Below, in pieces: positions 8,467 to 16,797 of a DNA stretch of 46,559 bases (positions are counted from its first letter, which is position 1; each line of letters starts with the position of its first letter). This DNA comes from a virus, in UHGV virus genome UHGV-0172001, one strand, 5' to 3'. Both the position numbers and the translations under genes were made by a program. Below the pieces are notes generated by a model, which worked only from the letters and a program-made list of their open reading frames with translations, did no database searches and had not been told where the DNA came from.

Positions 8467-9414
8467 ATGAGCAGCAAGCTTCATGGTCTTGTCTGGGAAG
8501 GGTGTGCCTTCACCGGCATGATCTTATCCCGGGTGGCAGTAATGGCTCGCCTTGCAGACTACAGCAATGACGAAGGTGTGTCATGGCCTGCAGTGGAGAC
8601 TATTCGTCGTCAGATTGGGGCAAAGAGTGAATCAACGGTTAAAGCGGCGATAGCGGAACTGGAAAAGAACGGCTGGCTGACGAAGGAGGAACGTAAGGTC
8701 GGTGGGCGTAATGAAAGCAATATCTACCGTCTTAATGTGGAAAAACTCGAAGCAGCAGCAGCGGCGGCGCGTGAGGCATATAAACCGAAAAGAAAAATTA
8801 ACCCGGTAAAAAATGACCCGTCAAATATTGACCCCTCAACGGTTGACCCGTCAAATTTTGATGGATCAACCGTTGATAAAAAACAGCCGGTTAGGGGGGC
8901 GATGGTTGGCCCCGATCCGTCAGTATTAAAACCTGATCCGTCAGATAAAAGATCTTCTTGTCCGGAAGCTTCGCAACCGGACCTGCAGGCGGCTGAACAG
9001 GATTTTTTAACCCGACACCCTGACGCGGTTGTGTTCAGTGCGAAAAAACGCCAGTGGGGCAACCAGGAGGATTTAGCGTGTGCGCAGTGGATCTGGGGAC
9101 GAATCGTGAGTCTTTACGAACAGGCTGCCAGCGATGATGGTGAGATCACGCGACCGAAAGAACCCAACTGGACTGCATGGGCCAATGACGTGCGCACAAT
9201 GCGGATGCTTGATGGCAGAACTCACAGACAAATTTGCGAAATGTTTGGTCGGGTACAGCGGGATCCATTCTGGGTAAAAAACGTCATGAGCCCGTCAAAG
9301 CTTCGCGAAAAATGGGACGAACTGGTCATCCGCCTGGGGCGTTCGCCTGTACAGCGTTGTGTGAATCACATTTCTGAACCGGACACCGAAATTCCGCCGG
9401 GCTTCAGGGGGTAA
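8467..9414 (+). CDS. Putative replication initiator (O-like) with internal iterons
   Basis: N-terminal winged-helix-like region; central repetitive linker DPSNIDPSTVDPSNFDGSTVD encoded by the iteron DNA; position after the cro/cII-equivalent genes. Confidence 0.55.
   Translation: MSSKLHGLVWEGCAFTGMILSRVAVMARLADYSNDEGVSWPAVETIRRQIGAKSESTVKAAIAELEKNGWLTKEERKVGGRNESNIYRLNVEKLEAAAAAAREAYKPKRKINPVKNDPSNIDPSTVDPSNFDGSTVDKKQPVRGAMVGPDPSVLKPDPSDKRSSCPEASQPDLQAAEQDFLTRHPDAVVFSAKKRQWGNQEDLACAQWIWGRIVSLYEQAASDDGEITRPKEPNWTAWANDVRTMRMLDGRTHRQICEMFGRVQRDPFWVKNVMSPSKLREKWDELVIRLGRSPVQRCVNHISEPDTEIPPGFRG
8814..8944. repeat. Iteron array (candidate replication origin) inside the initiator gene
   Basis: Repeated 11-13-bp units TGACCCGTCAAAT / TTGACCCCTCAAC / TTGACCCGTCAAAT / TGATGGATCAACC, plus two GATCCGTCAG copies. 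Confidence 0.6.
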
Positions 9415-9454
9415 GTGTTAATTTCTGGTCATGAGGTAATTTTCAGGAGGGCTT

Positions 9455-9874
9455 GTGGCAAAAGTATTTACACAAGAAGAGCGGGAAAAAATTAAGGGGC
9501 TGGTTGTTGAACTTGTACGCCAGAGCGGGCGCGAGACGTTACGACAACTGGAAGCTAAGACAGGTGCGACAAGATATTTAATAAGCGTTCTTGCCAGAGA
9601 GCTGGTTGCCAGTGGCGATGTATACAACTCTGGTTACGGGTTATTCCCGTCTGAACAGGCGCGTAAGGACTGGCAAAACGCCCGCAAAAAACTCTCGAGG
9701 GCAAAGCTGAAGAAAACATCTGTGGTTGATCCGGACCTTATCTGGTCGTTACCAGACGGAGAAATACGCCGCTACGACAGGCGTCAGAACATAATCTGTC
9801 GCGAGTGCCGGAGAAGTGAAGTTATGCAGCGAGTTTTGATGTTTTACAGGGGTAATAACGGAGCAACGATATGA
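9455..9874 (+). CDS. Hypothetical protein
   Basis: 139-aa ORF, GTG start at 9455 after CAGGAGG. Confidence 0.5.
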   Translation: MAKVFTQEEREKIKGLVVELVRQSGRETLRQLEAKTGATRYLISVLARELVASGDVYNSGYGLFPSEQARKDWQNARKKLSRAKLKKTSVVDPDLIWSLPDGEIRRYDRRQNIICRECRRSEVMQRVLMFYRGNNGATI

Positions 9875-10170
9875 GGGTTTATATCGCAGGGCCGATGACC
9901 GGGTATAAAAATTTCAACCGTGAGGCATTTCACGAGGCGGAAGAGAAGCTGAAACAGAAAGGGTGCACGGTGTTGAATCCGGCAGTGCTTCCTGGTGGGC
10001 TGACACAGGCGCAGTACATGGATATTTGTACGGCGATGCTCCGCTGTGTGGATACGATTTACATGCTGAAAGGCTGGCATCGGTCGGCAGACGCTAAGGC
10101 AGAACTGGCGCTGGCGGCGAAACTGGGGCATGAGGTTGTATTTCAGGAGGCAACCAGTGAGCGAGATTAA
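9871..10170 (+). CDS. Nucleoside 2-deoxyribosyltransferase-like (DUF4406-type) protein
   Basis: MRVYIAGPMTG N-terminus typical of this family; ATGA coupling with the upstream gene. Confidence 0.55.
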   Translation: MRVYIAGPMTGYKNFNREAFHEAEEKLKQKGCTVLNPAVLPGGLTQAQYMDICTAMLRCVDTIYMLKGWHRSADAKAELALAAKLGHEVVFQEATSERD

Positions 10171-10744
10171 CTATCAGGCACTGCGTGAGGCGGCAGAAGC
10201 AATAAAAATAGCAGCCACACCACAAAAATTGCTGGCATTTCGTATGAAGGTCACACCTCAGGTTGTGCTGGCACTGCTGGATGAACGGGAAAGAAACCAG
10301 CAATACATAAAACGCCGCGATCAGGAGAACGAGGAAATTGCGCTAACGGTAGGGAAGCTGCGTGTTGAGCTTGAAGCAGAAAAATCAAAACTCAACGAGC
10401 AGCGTGAGTATTACGAGGGAGTAATCGCGGATGGAAGTAAGCGCATAGCAGAACTGGAAGCACGGGAAATAAAACCAGCCAAAGGCGAAGTTCTTGTCGT
10501 TGTATCTGGTTTTACTGGTTGCGGGAAAAGCGCCATTGCCGGGGAAATAGAAATTGCGATGAAAGCTATTGGTGTGCCGGTTCTATGGACTAATGGCGAT
10601 GCGGAAAAGCGCATGACAGGAGCTGACTGGCTGACAGCGATTGAGATGTACAAACCAACTGTGTGCATCGTGGAAGTTAATGTGCCACGCGCCGCTGGCA
10701 TTCGCATCAAAGGAGAGGAGCATGCAAATAAAACCAGAAGATGA
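10157..10744 (+). CDS. Hypothetical protein: coiled-coil N-terminus, C-terminal Walker-A-like motif
   Basis: GTG at 10157 after CAGGAGG; heptad-rich KLRVELEAEKSKLNEQREYYEG; SGFTGCGKSA resembles a P-loop. Confidence 0.5.
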   Translation: MSEINYQALREAAEAIKIAATPQKLLAFRMKVTPQVVLALLDERERNQQYIKRRDQENEEIALTVGKLRVELEAEKSKLNEQREYYEGVIADGSKRIAELEAREIKPAKGEVLVVVSGFTGCGKSAIAGEIEIAMKAIGVPVLWTNGDAEKRMTGADWLTAIEMYKPTVCIVEVNVPRAAGIRIKGEEHANKTRR

Positions 10745-11078
10745 GTTAAGTAATATTGTTTTATTTCCGGTAAAGGAGGATGACCCACGTGATCAGGTTA
10801 ATTTTCTTTATGAGCCATCGGAAAGACCATACTGCCATCACGCTTCTGTCCGGGTTGACGAAAAAGAGCGTCAGGTCCGCTGTAAAATCTGCGGTGCAGT
10901 TGTGGAGCCGTTTGACTGGATGCTCTCAGTGGCGAAAAGAGAAACCAGACTGGCAGATGATGTAAGGCTATTGCGCCAGGAGGAACAGGAAAGGCGGAAA
11001 AATATAGAAAAGTTAATTCAGATTGAGCGTAACGCGAAAGCGCGGATACGCAGGGCGACAAAATCCAGAACTGAATAA
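10722..11078 (+). CDS. Hypothetical protein with CxxC pair
   Basis: ATG 10722 after AAAGGAGAGGAG; CHHASVRV...CKICG. Confidence 0.45.
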   Translation: MQIKPEDELSNIVLFPVKEDDPRDQVNFLYEPSERPYCHHASVRVDEKERQVRCKICGAVVEPFDWMLSVAKRETRLADDVRLLRQEEQERRKNIEKLIQIERNAKARIRRATKSRTE

Positions 11079-11171
11079 ATTTAGCGCTGTAAATACAATT
11101 TAATCCTTAACCGGAGGGATTCCTGCACCCTCAGAACATCAGGAGGCCGCCCGAAAGGGCGGTAATGAAAA

Positions 11172-11579
11172 ATGGCTGAATTAACCAAAGAGCAATTAAT
11201 CGAAGAGGCCAAATTAAAAATAGCGATTACGAAATGTCACCCCCATTCAGGGATGGCACGGATAGAGGGTGAGTTATTCAAAATTGCACTGGCATCGCTG
11301 GAATCAGAGCCGGTGGCGTCATGCATTATTGAAGATGGGGGCATGTGTGTTGATGGATTCGGTGAGTATGTAGGTCACTCACTGCCTGATGGAAGCCACG
11401 ACCTTTACACCGCCCCGCCAGCGCCGGTAGTGCCTGAAGGGCTTGTTAAAGCGGTACGCTTTTATGAACAGGTAAAGTGTGAGAATCCGCCAGCTGAAAC
11501 CGGAGCATGGAAAGACGCTGTTGACTGGGTGCTCAAAGAGGCTTGCCAGGCTGTAAACATTGGCAACAAAGGAGAGTGA
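11172..11579 (+). CDS. Hypothetical protein
   Basis: 135-aa ORF. Confidence 0.5.
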   Translation: MAELTKEQLIEEAKLKIAITKCHPHSGMARIEGELFKIALASLESEPVASCIIEDGGMCVDGFGEYVGHSLPDGSHDLYTAPPAPVVPEGLVKAVRFYEQVKCENPPAETGAWKDAVDWVLKEACQAVNIGNKGE

Positions 11580-11580
11580 T

Positions 11581-11799
11581 GTGTCTACATTATTCAGAAA
11601 AGAATATCCGCGAAAAAGTAGAGCGACAGAATTTTTGTTTCTCATTCTGTTTATCGTGTTGATGACACCGATATCCCCGCTAATTTTTGTCTGGGCAATC
11701 GGGAAAATAATTGAGCCAGTTATTGAATTATATAACGACGTGGTATGGGCGTCGTTCAATACACTGCACAATAAAATTAATCCATATAAGGAAAACTGA
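11581..11799 (+). CDS. Small membrane protein
   Basis: GTG 11581 after AAAGGAGAG; hydrophobic stretch FLFLILFIVLMTPISPLIFVWAIG. Confidence 0.4.
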   Translation: MSTLFRKEYPRKSRATEFLFLILFIVLMTPISPLIFVWAIGKIIEPVIELYNDVVWASFNTLHNKINPYKEN

Positions 11800-11800
11800 A

Positions 11801-12166
11801 ATGGCACTGACGAAAAAACAACGTGCAGAGCTGCGCATGAAGTTCGGCGGTCGCTGTGCTTATTGTGGCTGCGAACTTGGCGAAAAGTGGCATGTAGACC
11901 ATGTAAAACCGGTCATTCGTTTTGCTGGAAATATGCTTCACCAGGAACGTGACGATATATCCAACATGGTTCCGGCATGCCACCCATGCAATCTGCATAA
12001 GCATTGCAGTAGCCTGGAAGATTATCGGCGAATTATCAGTGATGGTCGTCGTGAATTCCTTGCGTCCGGGAAAGGCAAGGCGCTGGTTCGTATGGGATTG
12101 GTTGAAATGAAATCTGACCCGGTTGTGTTCTGGTTTGAAAAATATCAAGAAGGGGCTACCGCATGA
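11801..12166 (+). CDS. HNH endonuclease
   Basis: CAYCGC...HVDHVKP...N...CHPCNLHK: HNH motif with two CxxC pairs. Confidence 0.85.
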   Translation: MALTKKQRAELRMKFGGRCAYCGCELGEKWHVDHVKPVIRFAGNMLHQERDDISNMVPACHPCNLHKHCSSLEDYRRIISDGRREFLASGKGKALVRMGLVEMKSDPVVFWFEKYQEGATA

Positions 12167-12549
12167 CCACTTTTACCAATAGCAAACTAACAGACGAATA
12201 CGTTTCAAATGCAACGTTGATTCGGCTCATTCTGTGGGCTGACCAGCACAATAGCCATTATGTTGTAGCGGCTCTGCGCGAGCTACAGGAGCGCCGCAAG
12301 GCTGATAGTGTGCCTGTAGAAATCAACGACGACATGGCTTACGCATTTCACCATGCGCTTTCTGACTCATCGCTTGGCTCTGATGAAATCGAAGAAATTA
12401 AAACCGGGTTGCGCGCAGCCTTTGCCAATGTTGCCGTCCAGCCTGCGCTGATAGTGCCGGCTGAAATCGAGCCAGACGATAGCAATACGTTTGATTATGT
12501 TGATGGCTGGAACGCCTGCCGCGCCGCCATGCTTAAGGGAGATAAATAA
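12163..12549 (+). CDS. Hypothetical protein
   Basis: 128-aa ORF, ATGA overlap with HNH. Confidence 0.5.
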   Translation: MTTFTNSKLTDEYVSNATLIRLILWADQHNSHYVVAALRELQERRKADSVPVEINDDMAYAFHHALSDSSLGSDEIEEIKTGLRAAFANVAVQPALIVPAEIEPDDSNTFDYVDGWNACRAAMLKGDK

Positions 12550-13112
12550 TGATTAATCGAACCAAACTGGAACACATTCTCGAATATGCCAGGCAGCAGA
12601 AATGTATTGGGCAACTTTGTAAAATTCCACCAGGAGATATGGTTGAAATCGTGGAAATGGCCATGCGTAAGGCTGGCAACTCTCCGGTAACTCCGGCTCG
12701 CCTGCCTGGTGGTTTCACCATTGAGGATGCGAAGGAGTTACATGAAGACCTGGTTCGCAGCCACATAAGCCAGGCTTTAAGTGGTGAAAAGATGAAAAAG
12801 AACGATCGCGATACTGATTTGCGCTGGATTCATGGCGTTATAGTACAGGCAGCGTGGTTTGTGAAAGCTTCACTGGATGCGTTGCCTGAACCGCTGCGGG
12901 AGGAGAAGGGAGGAAGTGCCAACTGTACTGCCAGTCATGGTACAACCGACAATCCACCAGTACCAGGCAAACAGACTGACGAATTAACCATGCTGGTTAA
13001 GCAATTGGTCAGTCAACTGAAGAAAGTGAAGCCGGACTGTAAATTGCCGGATAAGGCGATGGACTACCTGAAACGGAACGAACTGATAAGTGCGGAGGAT
13101 GTTTTGCGATGA
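12549..13112 (+). CDS. Hypothetical protein
   Basis: 187-aa ORF. Confidence 0.5.
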   Translation: MINRTKLEHILEYARQQKCIGQLCKIPPGDMVEIVEMAMRKAGNSPVTPARLPGGFTIEDAKELHEDLVRSHISQALSGEKMKKNDRDTDLRWIHGVIVQAAWFVKASLDALPEPLREEKGGSANCTASHGTTDNPPVPGKQTDELTMLVKQLVSQLKKVKPDCKLPDKAMDYLKRNELISAEDVLR

Positions 13113-13192
13113 CCTGGCCTGAAGCATTCACAACGGTAGGAATTGCGATGGCGGTGGCGCTGATGGTGTATTCGATTTGCCGCTGGGGATAA
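13109..13192 (+). CDS. Possible 27-aa hydrophobic micro-protein
   Basis: ATGA overlap with the upstream gene; MTWPEAFTTVGIAMAVALMVYSICRWG; followed by a terminator. Confidence 0.25.
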   Translation: MTWPEAFTTVGIAMAVALMVYSICRWG

Positions 13193-13200
13193 CAAACAAA

Positions 13201-13228
13201 AACCCCGGATTGATGGTCCGGGGTTTTT
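13201..13228 (+). terminator. Rho-independent terminator
   Basis: AACCCCGG-attgatggt-CCGGGGTT plus T run; near-copy of the hairpin at 1005-1029. Confidence 0.7.
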
Positions 13229-13509
13229 GAAGGAAACAAAACAGAAACAACAATTGCCGTTACCTGTTGTTACCATGGCAAGTAAACGTATCTCAGGCGA
13301 GCGCATTGCGCCGTTCTGACGCAGATAAATTAGCCTGGATAGATGGTGCTGGCAATAAAAAATAGCGTTTTCTTATCGGTGTCGGTAAGATTGCTGCGGG
13401 TGCTTGAGGCTGTCTGCCTCGGGCATGCCACTGTAAGGCAGACAGAGAAAAGCCCCAGTTAACATTACGCGTCTTGCAGGACGCTTAACATTAATCTGAG
13501 GCCCAATCT

Positions 13510-13716
13510 ATGCCACACAAACATAGGTTAGCCTCTTACGGACCGAAAGGTCAAGGAGAAGCAGGCTATGAAGCAGCAAAAGGCGATGTTAATCGCCCTG
13601 ATCGTCATCTGTTTAACCGTCATAGTGACGGCACTGGTAACGAGGAAAGACCTCTGCGAGGTACGAATCCGAACCGGCCAGACGGAGGTTGCTGTCTTCG
13701 TAGACTACGAATCTGA
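13510..13716 (+). CDS. mok-like overlapping reading frame of the hok locus
   Basis: 68-aa ORF overlapping nearly all of hok in another frame, as in hok/mok/sok loci. Confidence 0.45.
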   Translation: MPHKHRLASYGPKGQGEAGYEAAKGDVNRPDRHLFNRHSDGTGNEERPLRGTNPNRPDGGCCLRRLRI

Positions 13717-13723
13717 GAAGTAA
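13568..13723 (+). CDS. Hok/Gef-family type I toxin (HokD/RelF-like)
   Basis: MKQQKAMLIALIVICLTVIVTALVTRKDLCEVRIRTGQTEVAVF is near-identical to HokD as recalled; 51 aa; structured leader with a 10-bp stem at about 13395-13430. Confidence 0.9.
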   Translation: MKQQKAMLIALIVICLTVIVTALVTRKDLCEVRIRTGQTEVAVFVDYESEK

Positions 13724-13792
13724 GAGTGACCAGGCGGGAGAGTAATCTCCCGCCACCTCTGATGTGTCGGCATCCTCAACGCACCCGCACTT

Positions 13793-13814
13793 AACCCGCT
13801 TCGGCGGGTTTTTT
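13793..13814 (+). terminator. Rho-independent terminator after hok
   Basis: AACCCGCTTCGGCGGG plus T6; identical 22-nt element recurs at 14633-14656. Confidence 0.75.
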
Positions 13815-13934
13815 CACGTACTGTGGTTGTGAATACGATTGGTATTAGGCTATGCTAACAACATTAGCCTGACTAATTTTGTATTGACTTGATTTTTTGT
13901 TAAAGAACAGGACGGAGAAGTAAGGGTACACCCA

Positions 13935-14114
13935 ATGAGCTACGCACTAAAAAAACACCCGCGATTGAGTATTCCCCCTCGCGATAAAAGCGTTGTGGCA
14001 GCTCCGCGCCCGGCTATTGATGAAAATTGCACACATCGTGAGCAGGTGAAAAATGCTTTCGATTTCGGTTTTTCTCGTTACGAGAAGGCAATGGAAGAAC
14101 TTTCAAAAGTGTAA
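13935..14114 (+). CDS. Small protein upstream of the Doc-like gene; candidate cognate antitoxin, not Phd-like
   Basis: 59-aa ORF ending 19 bp before the Doc-like start; palindrome AGGCT-N-AGCCT at about 13845-13871 upstream. Confidence 0.4.
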   Translation: MSYALKKHPRLSIPPRDKSVVAAPRPAIDENCTHREQVKNAFDFGFSRYEKAMEELSKV

Positions 14115-14132
14115 TAATGGGTATTGTGCTCT

Positions 14133-14618
14133 ATGGCTGAGATTGTTGAAGGAGTGCACTATCTTTCGGTTGATGATCTTACTGAAATCAATCGCCTTTT
14201 AATTGAGCTTCAAACACCAGATGAACCTGTAGGTGTGCTGAGTGTTGATAATTTAAGTTCTTCTCAGGCCCGTCCCAGCATGGTTCGATGGTATGAACAG
14301 ACTAATGACATGTTTGTACTGGCATCGGTATTGATTGAAAGTCTGATTCAGAATCATCCGTTTGCTAATGCGAACAAACGAACAGCTATGATGGCTGGTT
14401 ACGTCTTCTTGTTGTTGAATGGCTATGAGTTAACAGCACCAGGCGATGAAATCGTTGAAATGGCAGAGGGACTGGCCTGCAAAACCTATACTCGAGAAGA
14501 TCTCGAGAACTGGTTGTGTTATTGGTCTCGCGCGTATGACAGCCGGGAATTATGTAAAACAGGCGCAACTATTGTTTTGTATGAAACTATCAAGCTTAAA
14601 ATAGAACAGCAAAACTAA
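14133..14618 (+). CDS. Fic/Doc-family (death-on-curing-like) protein
   Basis: HPFANANKRTAMMAG matches the Doc/Fic motif HxFx(D/N)(A/G)NKR. Confidence 0.8.
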   Translation: MAEIVEGVHYLSVDDLTEINRLLIELQTPDEPVGVLSVDNLSSSQARPSMVRWYEQTNDMFVLASVLIESLIQNHPFANANKRTAMMAGYVFLLLNGYELTAPGDEIVEMAEGLACKTYTREDLENWLCYWSRAYDSRELCKTGATIVLYETIKLKIEQQN

Positions 14619-14632
14619 AGGTGCTTCCAATG

Positions 14633-14656
14633 AAAACCCGCTTCGGCGGGTTTTTT
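14633..14656 (+). terminator. Rho-independent terminator after the Doc-like gene
   Basis: AAACCCGCTTCGGCGGG plus T6. Confidence 0.75.
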
Positions 14657-14846
14657 GTTGTTTATTTTCGGTGAGTATGATGCATCTGGTTGTACTGATG
14701 TGATTGGCTGATTCTGTTATTCAGGTGGCTTATTGCTGTTGATTGGCATGTCTTCGCGGCTAGAATCGAGGCTCTTGAGTAGCGCGCAGGGAGAAGAGGG
14801 ATGGACCCCTTAAGGGGAGGTGTTTAAAGTTCACGGGATTTTGGTT

Positions 14847-15014
14847 ATGAACGATAAGGAATTAATTGCTGCGCTTTCTGTACCTGGTAATTATGAAGTA
14901 ATTGTTCTTGAGAATGGTGAATTTATCGTAATGCCATTGCCATCCGATGTTATTCTGATCACCAAAGAATCGCATGCGGATTCGGTCAGTCACTTCAGCA
15001 TTAAGAAAGACTAG
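14847..15014 (+). CDS. Hypothetical small protein
   Basis: ORF only; start uncertain (GTG 14820 or ATG 14847). Confidence 0.3.
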   Translation: MNDKELIAALSVPGNYEVIVLENGEFIVMPLPSDVILITKESHADSVSHFSIKKD

Positions 15015-15080
15015 ATTATAATGCCGTAGTCAAAGCCAGCCTGAACAACTGGCGTCTGTCGCACCATTACGAGGACAGTA

Positions 15081-15359
15081 GTGGTGCATTACAAGAAAAT
15101 TAACAATTCTGATAATTCAGCCGTCTTTGCCAGCAGGCACGGGCGGCGCTCTCACGCATTCAAATATGACTGGTACCAGCATGACCCCTGCACTGAAGAA
15201 CAGGCCGAATGGCTGATTCAGAACTACCGCAGGCGTGGGTACGAGTTTCAGAAAGACCTCAGTCCTGACTTCCGACACTGGATAATTTCTGTCAGGCTCC
15301 CTTATTCCGAACGCCCACCGTGTCCGTCCCGCACATTCCAGCAACGCATCTGGAGGTAA
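15081..15359 (+). CDS. Hypothetical protein
   Basis: GTG 15081 with GAGGA 5 nt upstream. Confidence 0.45.
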   Translation: MVHYKKINNSDNSAVFASRHGRRSHAFKYDWYQHDPCTEEQAEWLIQNYRRRGYEFQKDLSPDFRHWIISVRLPYSERPPCPSRTFQQRIWR

Positions 15360-15360
15360 C

Positions 15361-16410
15361 GTGCGGGTATTGCTTCGACCTGTTCCGGTACCGGAACTTG
15401 GGCTGGTGGTGCTAAAACCGGGCCGTGAATCCATGCGGGTATTTCATAATCCTCGAGTACTGGTGGAGCCGGAACCGAAAAGCATGTGCAGTCTGCCGTC
15501 CGGAGTTGTTCCTGCCGTTCGCCAGCCGCTGGCGGAAGATAAATCATTGCTGCCATTTTTCAGCGACGAACGGGTGATTCGTGCTGCCGGCGGCGCTGGT
15601 GCACTGTCTGACTGGCTCCTGCGTCATGTTAAATCCTGCCAGTGGCCTCATGGTGACTACCATCACAGTGAAACCGTCATACATCGTTACGGTACCGGCG
15701 CGATGGTGTTGTGCTGGCACTGCGACAACCAGCTGCGGGACCAGACCTCAGAATCACTTGAGCAACTTGCTCAACAAAACCTGACAGCATGGATGATTGA
15801 CGTCATCCGTCACGCAATAAGCGGTGCGCAGGAGCGTGAATTATCGCTGGCTGAATTATCCTGGTGGGCTGTCTGCAATCAGGTGGCGGACGCACTACCG
15901 GAGGTAGTATTACGTCGTTCTCTGGGGTTACGTGCGGAAAAAATTCGCTCGGTGTACCGCGAAAGCGACATCATACCGGGAGAGCAGACAGCCACCAGCA
16001 TACTGAAGCAGCGCACAAAAAATATTGCGCTACCACCTCACGCCCACCAGCAACAGAACCCACCACAGGAAAAGACGGTGGTAAGCATTGCCGTTGATCC
16101 AGATTCTCCGGAATCTTTCATGAAGCGCCCTAAACGTCGCCGCTGGGTTAACGAGAAATACACGCGCTGGGTAAAGATGCAGCCGTGTGCGTGTTGTGGT
16201 AAGCCAGCCGACGATCCCCATCACCTGATTGGTCACGGTCAGGGAGGGATGGGAACAAAGGCCCACGATATTTTTACGCTACCGCTGTGCCGGGAGCATC
16301 ACAACGAACTTCATGCTGATCCGCTGGCATTTGAAGAAAAGCATGGTTCCCAGATTGATTTAATTTTTCGTTTTCTTGATCACGCCTTTGCAACCGGTGT
16401 GCTCGGGTAA
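15361..16410 (+). CDS. DUF968-type prophage protein with C-terminal HNH-like Cys/His cluster
   Basis: CACCGKPADDPHHLIGHGQGGMGTKAHDIFTLPLCREHHNELH; start uncertain (GTG 15361 or ATG 15433). Confidence 0.65.
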   Translation: MRVLLRPVPVPELGLVVLKPGRESMRVFHNPRVLVEPEPKSMCSLPSGVVPAVRQPLAEDKSLLPFFSDERVIRAAGGAGALSDWLLRHVKSCQWPHGDYHHSETVIHRYGTGAMVLCWHCDNQLRDQTSESLEQLAQQNLTAWMIDVIRHAISGAQERELSLAELSWWAVCNQVADALPEVVLRRSLGLRAEKIRSVYRESDIIPGEQTATSILKQRTKNIALPPHAHQQQNPPQEKTVVSIAVDPDSPESFMKRPKRRRWVNEKYTRWVKMQPCACCGKPADDPHHLIGHGQGGMGTKAHDIFTLPLCREHHNELHADPLAFEEKHGSQIDLIFRFLDHAFATGVLG

Positions 16411-16422
16411 AAGAGGTTACTG

Positions 16423-16797
16423 ATGCGTATAGAGTTTGTTTTGCCTTATCCGCCGACGGTGAACACCTACTGGCGTCGTCGTGGCAGCACATATTTTGTA
16501 TCAAAAGCCGGTGAGCGTTATCGCCGTGATGTGGCGCTTATTGTTCGCCAGCAGCGGCTGAAATCAAACCTGTCCGGAAGGCTGGCAATAAAAATTACTG
16601 CAGAGCCACCAGATAAGCGCCGTCGTGACCTGGACAATATTCTGAAAGCACCACTGGATGCGCTGACGCATGCGGGACTGCTTATCGATGACGAGCAGTT
16701 TGATGAAATTAATATTGTGCGCGGTCAGGTCGTTCCTGGTGGTCGGTTGGGCGTGAAGATTTACGAAATAATGCATGACGGGCAGGTCAAAAAATGA
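16423..16797 (+). CDS. rusA: Holliday junction resolvase RusA
   Basis: PDKRRRDLDNILKAPLDALTHAGLLIDDEQ parallels E. coli RusA [30 protein letters not shown]. Confidence 0.9.
   Translation: MRIEFVLPYPPTVNTYWRRRGSTYFVSKAGERYRRDVALIVRQQRLKSNLSGRLAIKITAEPPDKRRRDLDNILKAPLDALTHAGLLIDDEQFDEINIVRGQVVPGGRLGVKIYEIMHDGQVKK

Noticed and set aside
8814-8944. Short direct repeats that could be mistaken for a CRISPR array
   Set aside because: Units are 11-13 bp with no spacers of regular length and lie in frame inside a replication-initiator gene; these are iterons
14806-14817. Perfect 12-bp palindrome CCCCTTAAGGGG upstream of the 14847 ORF
   Set aside because: Isolated short palindrome with no second copy or clear promoter context; could be an operator but evidence is too thin
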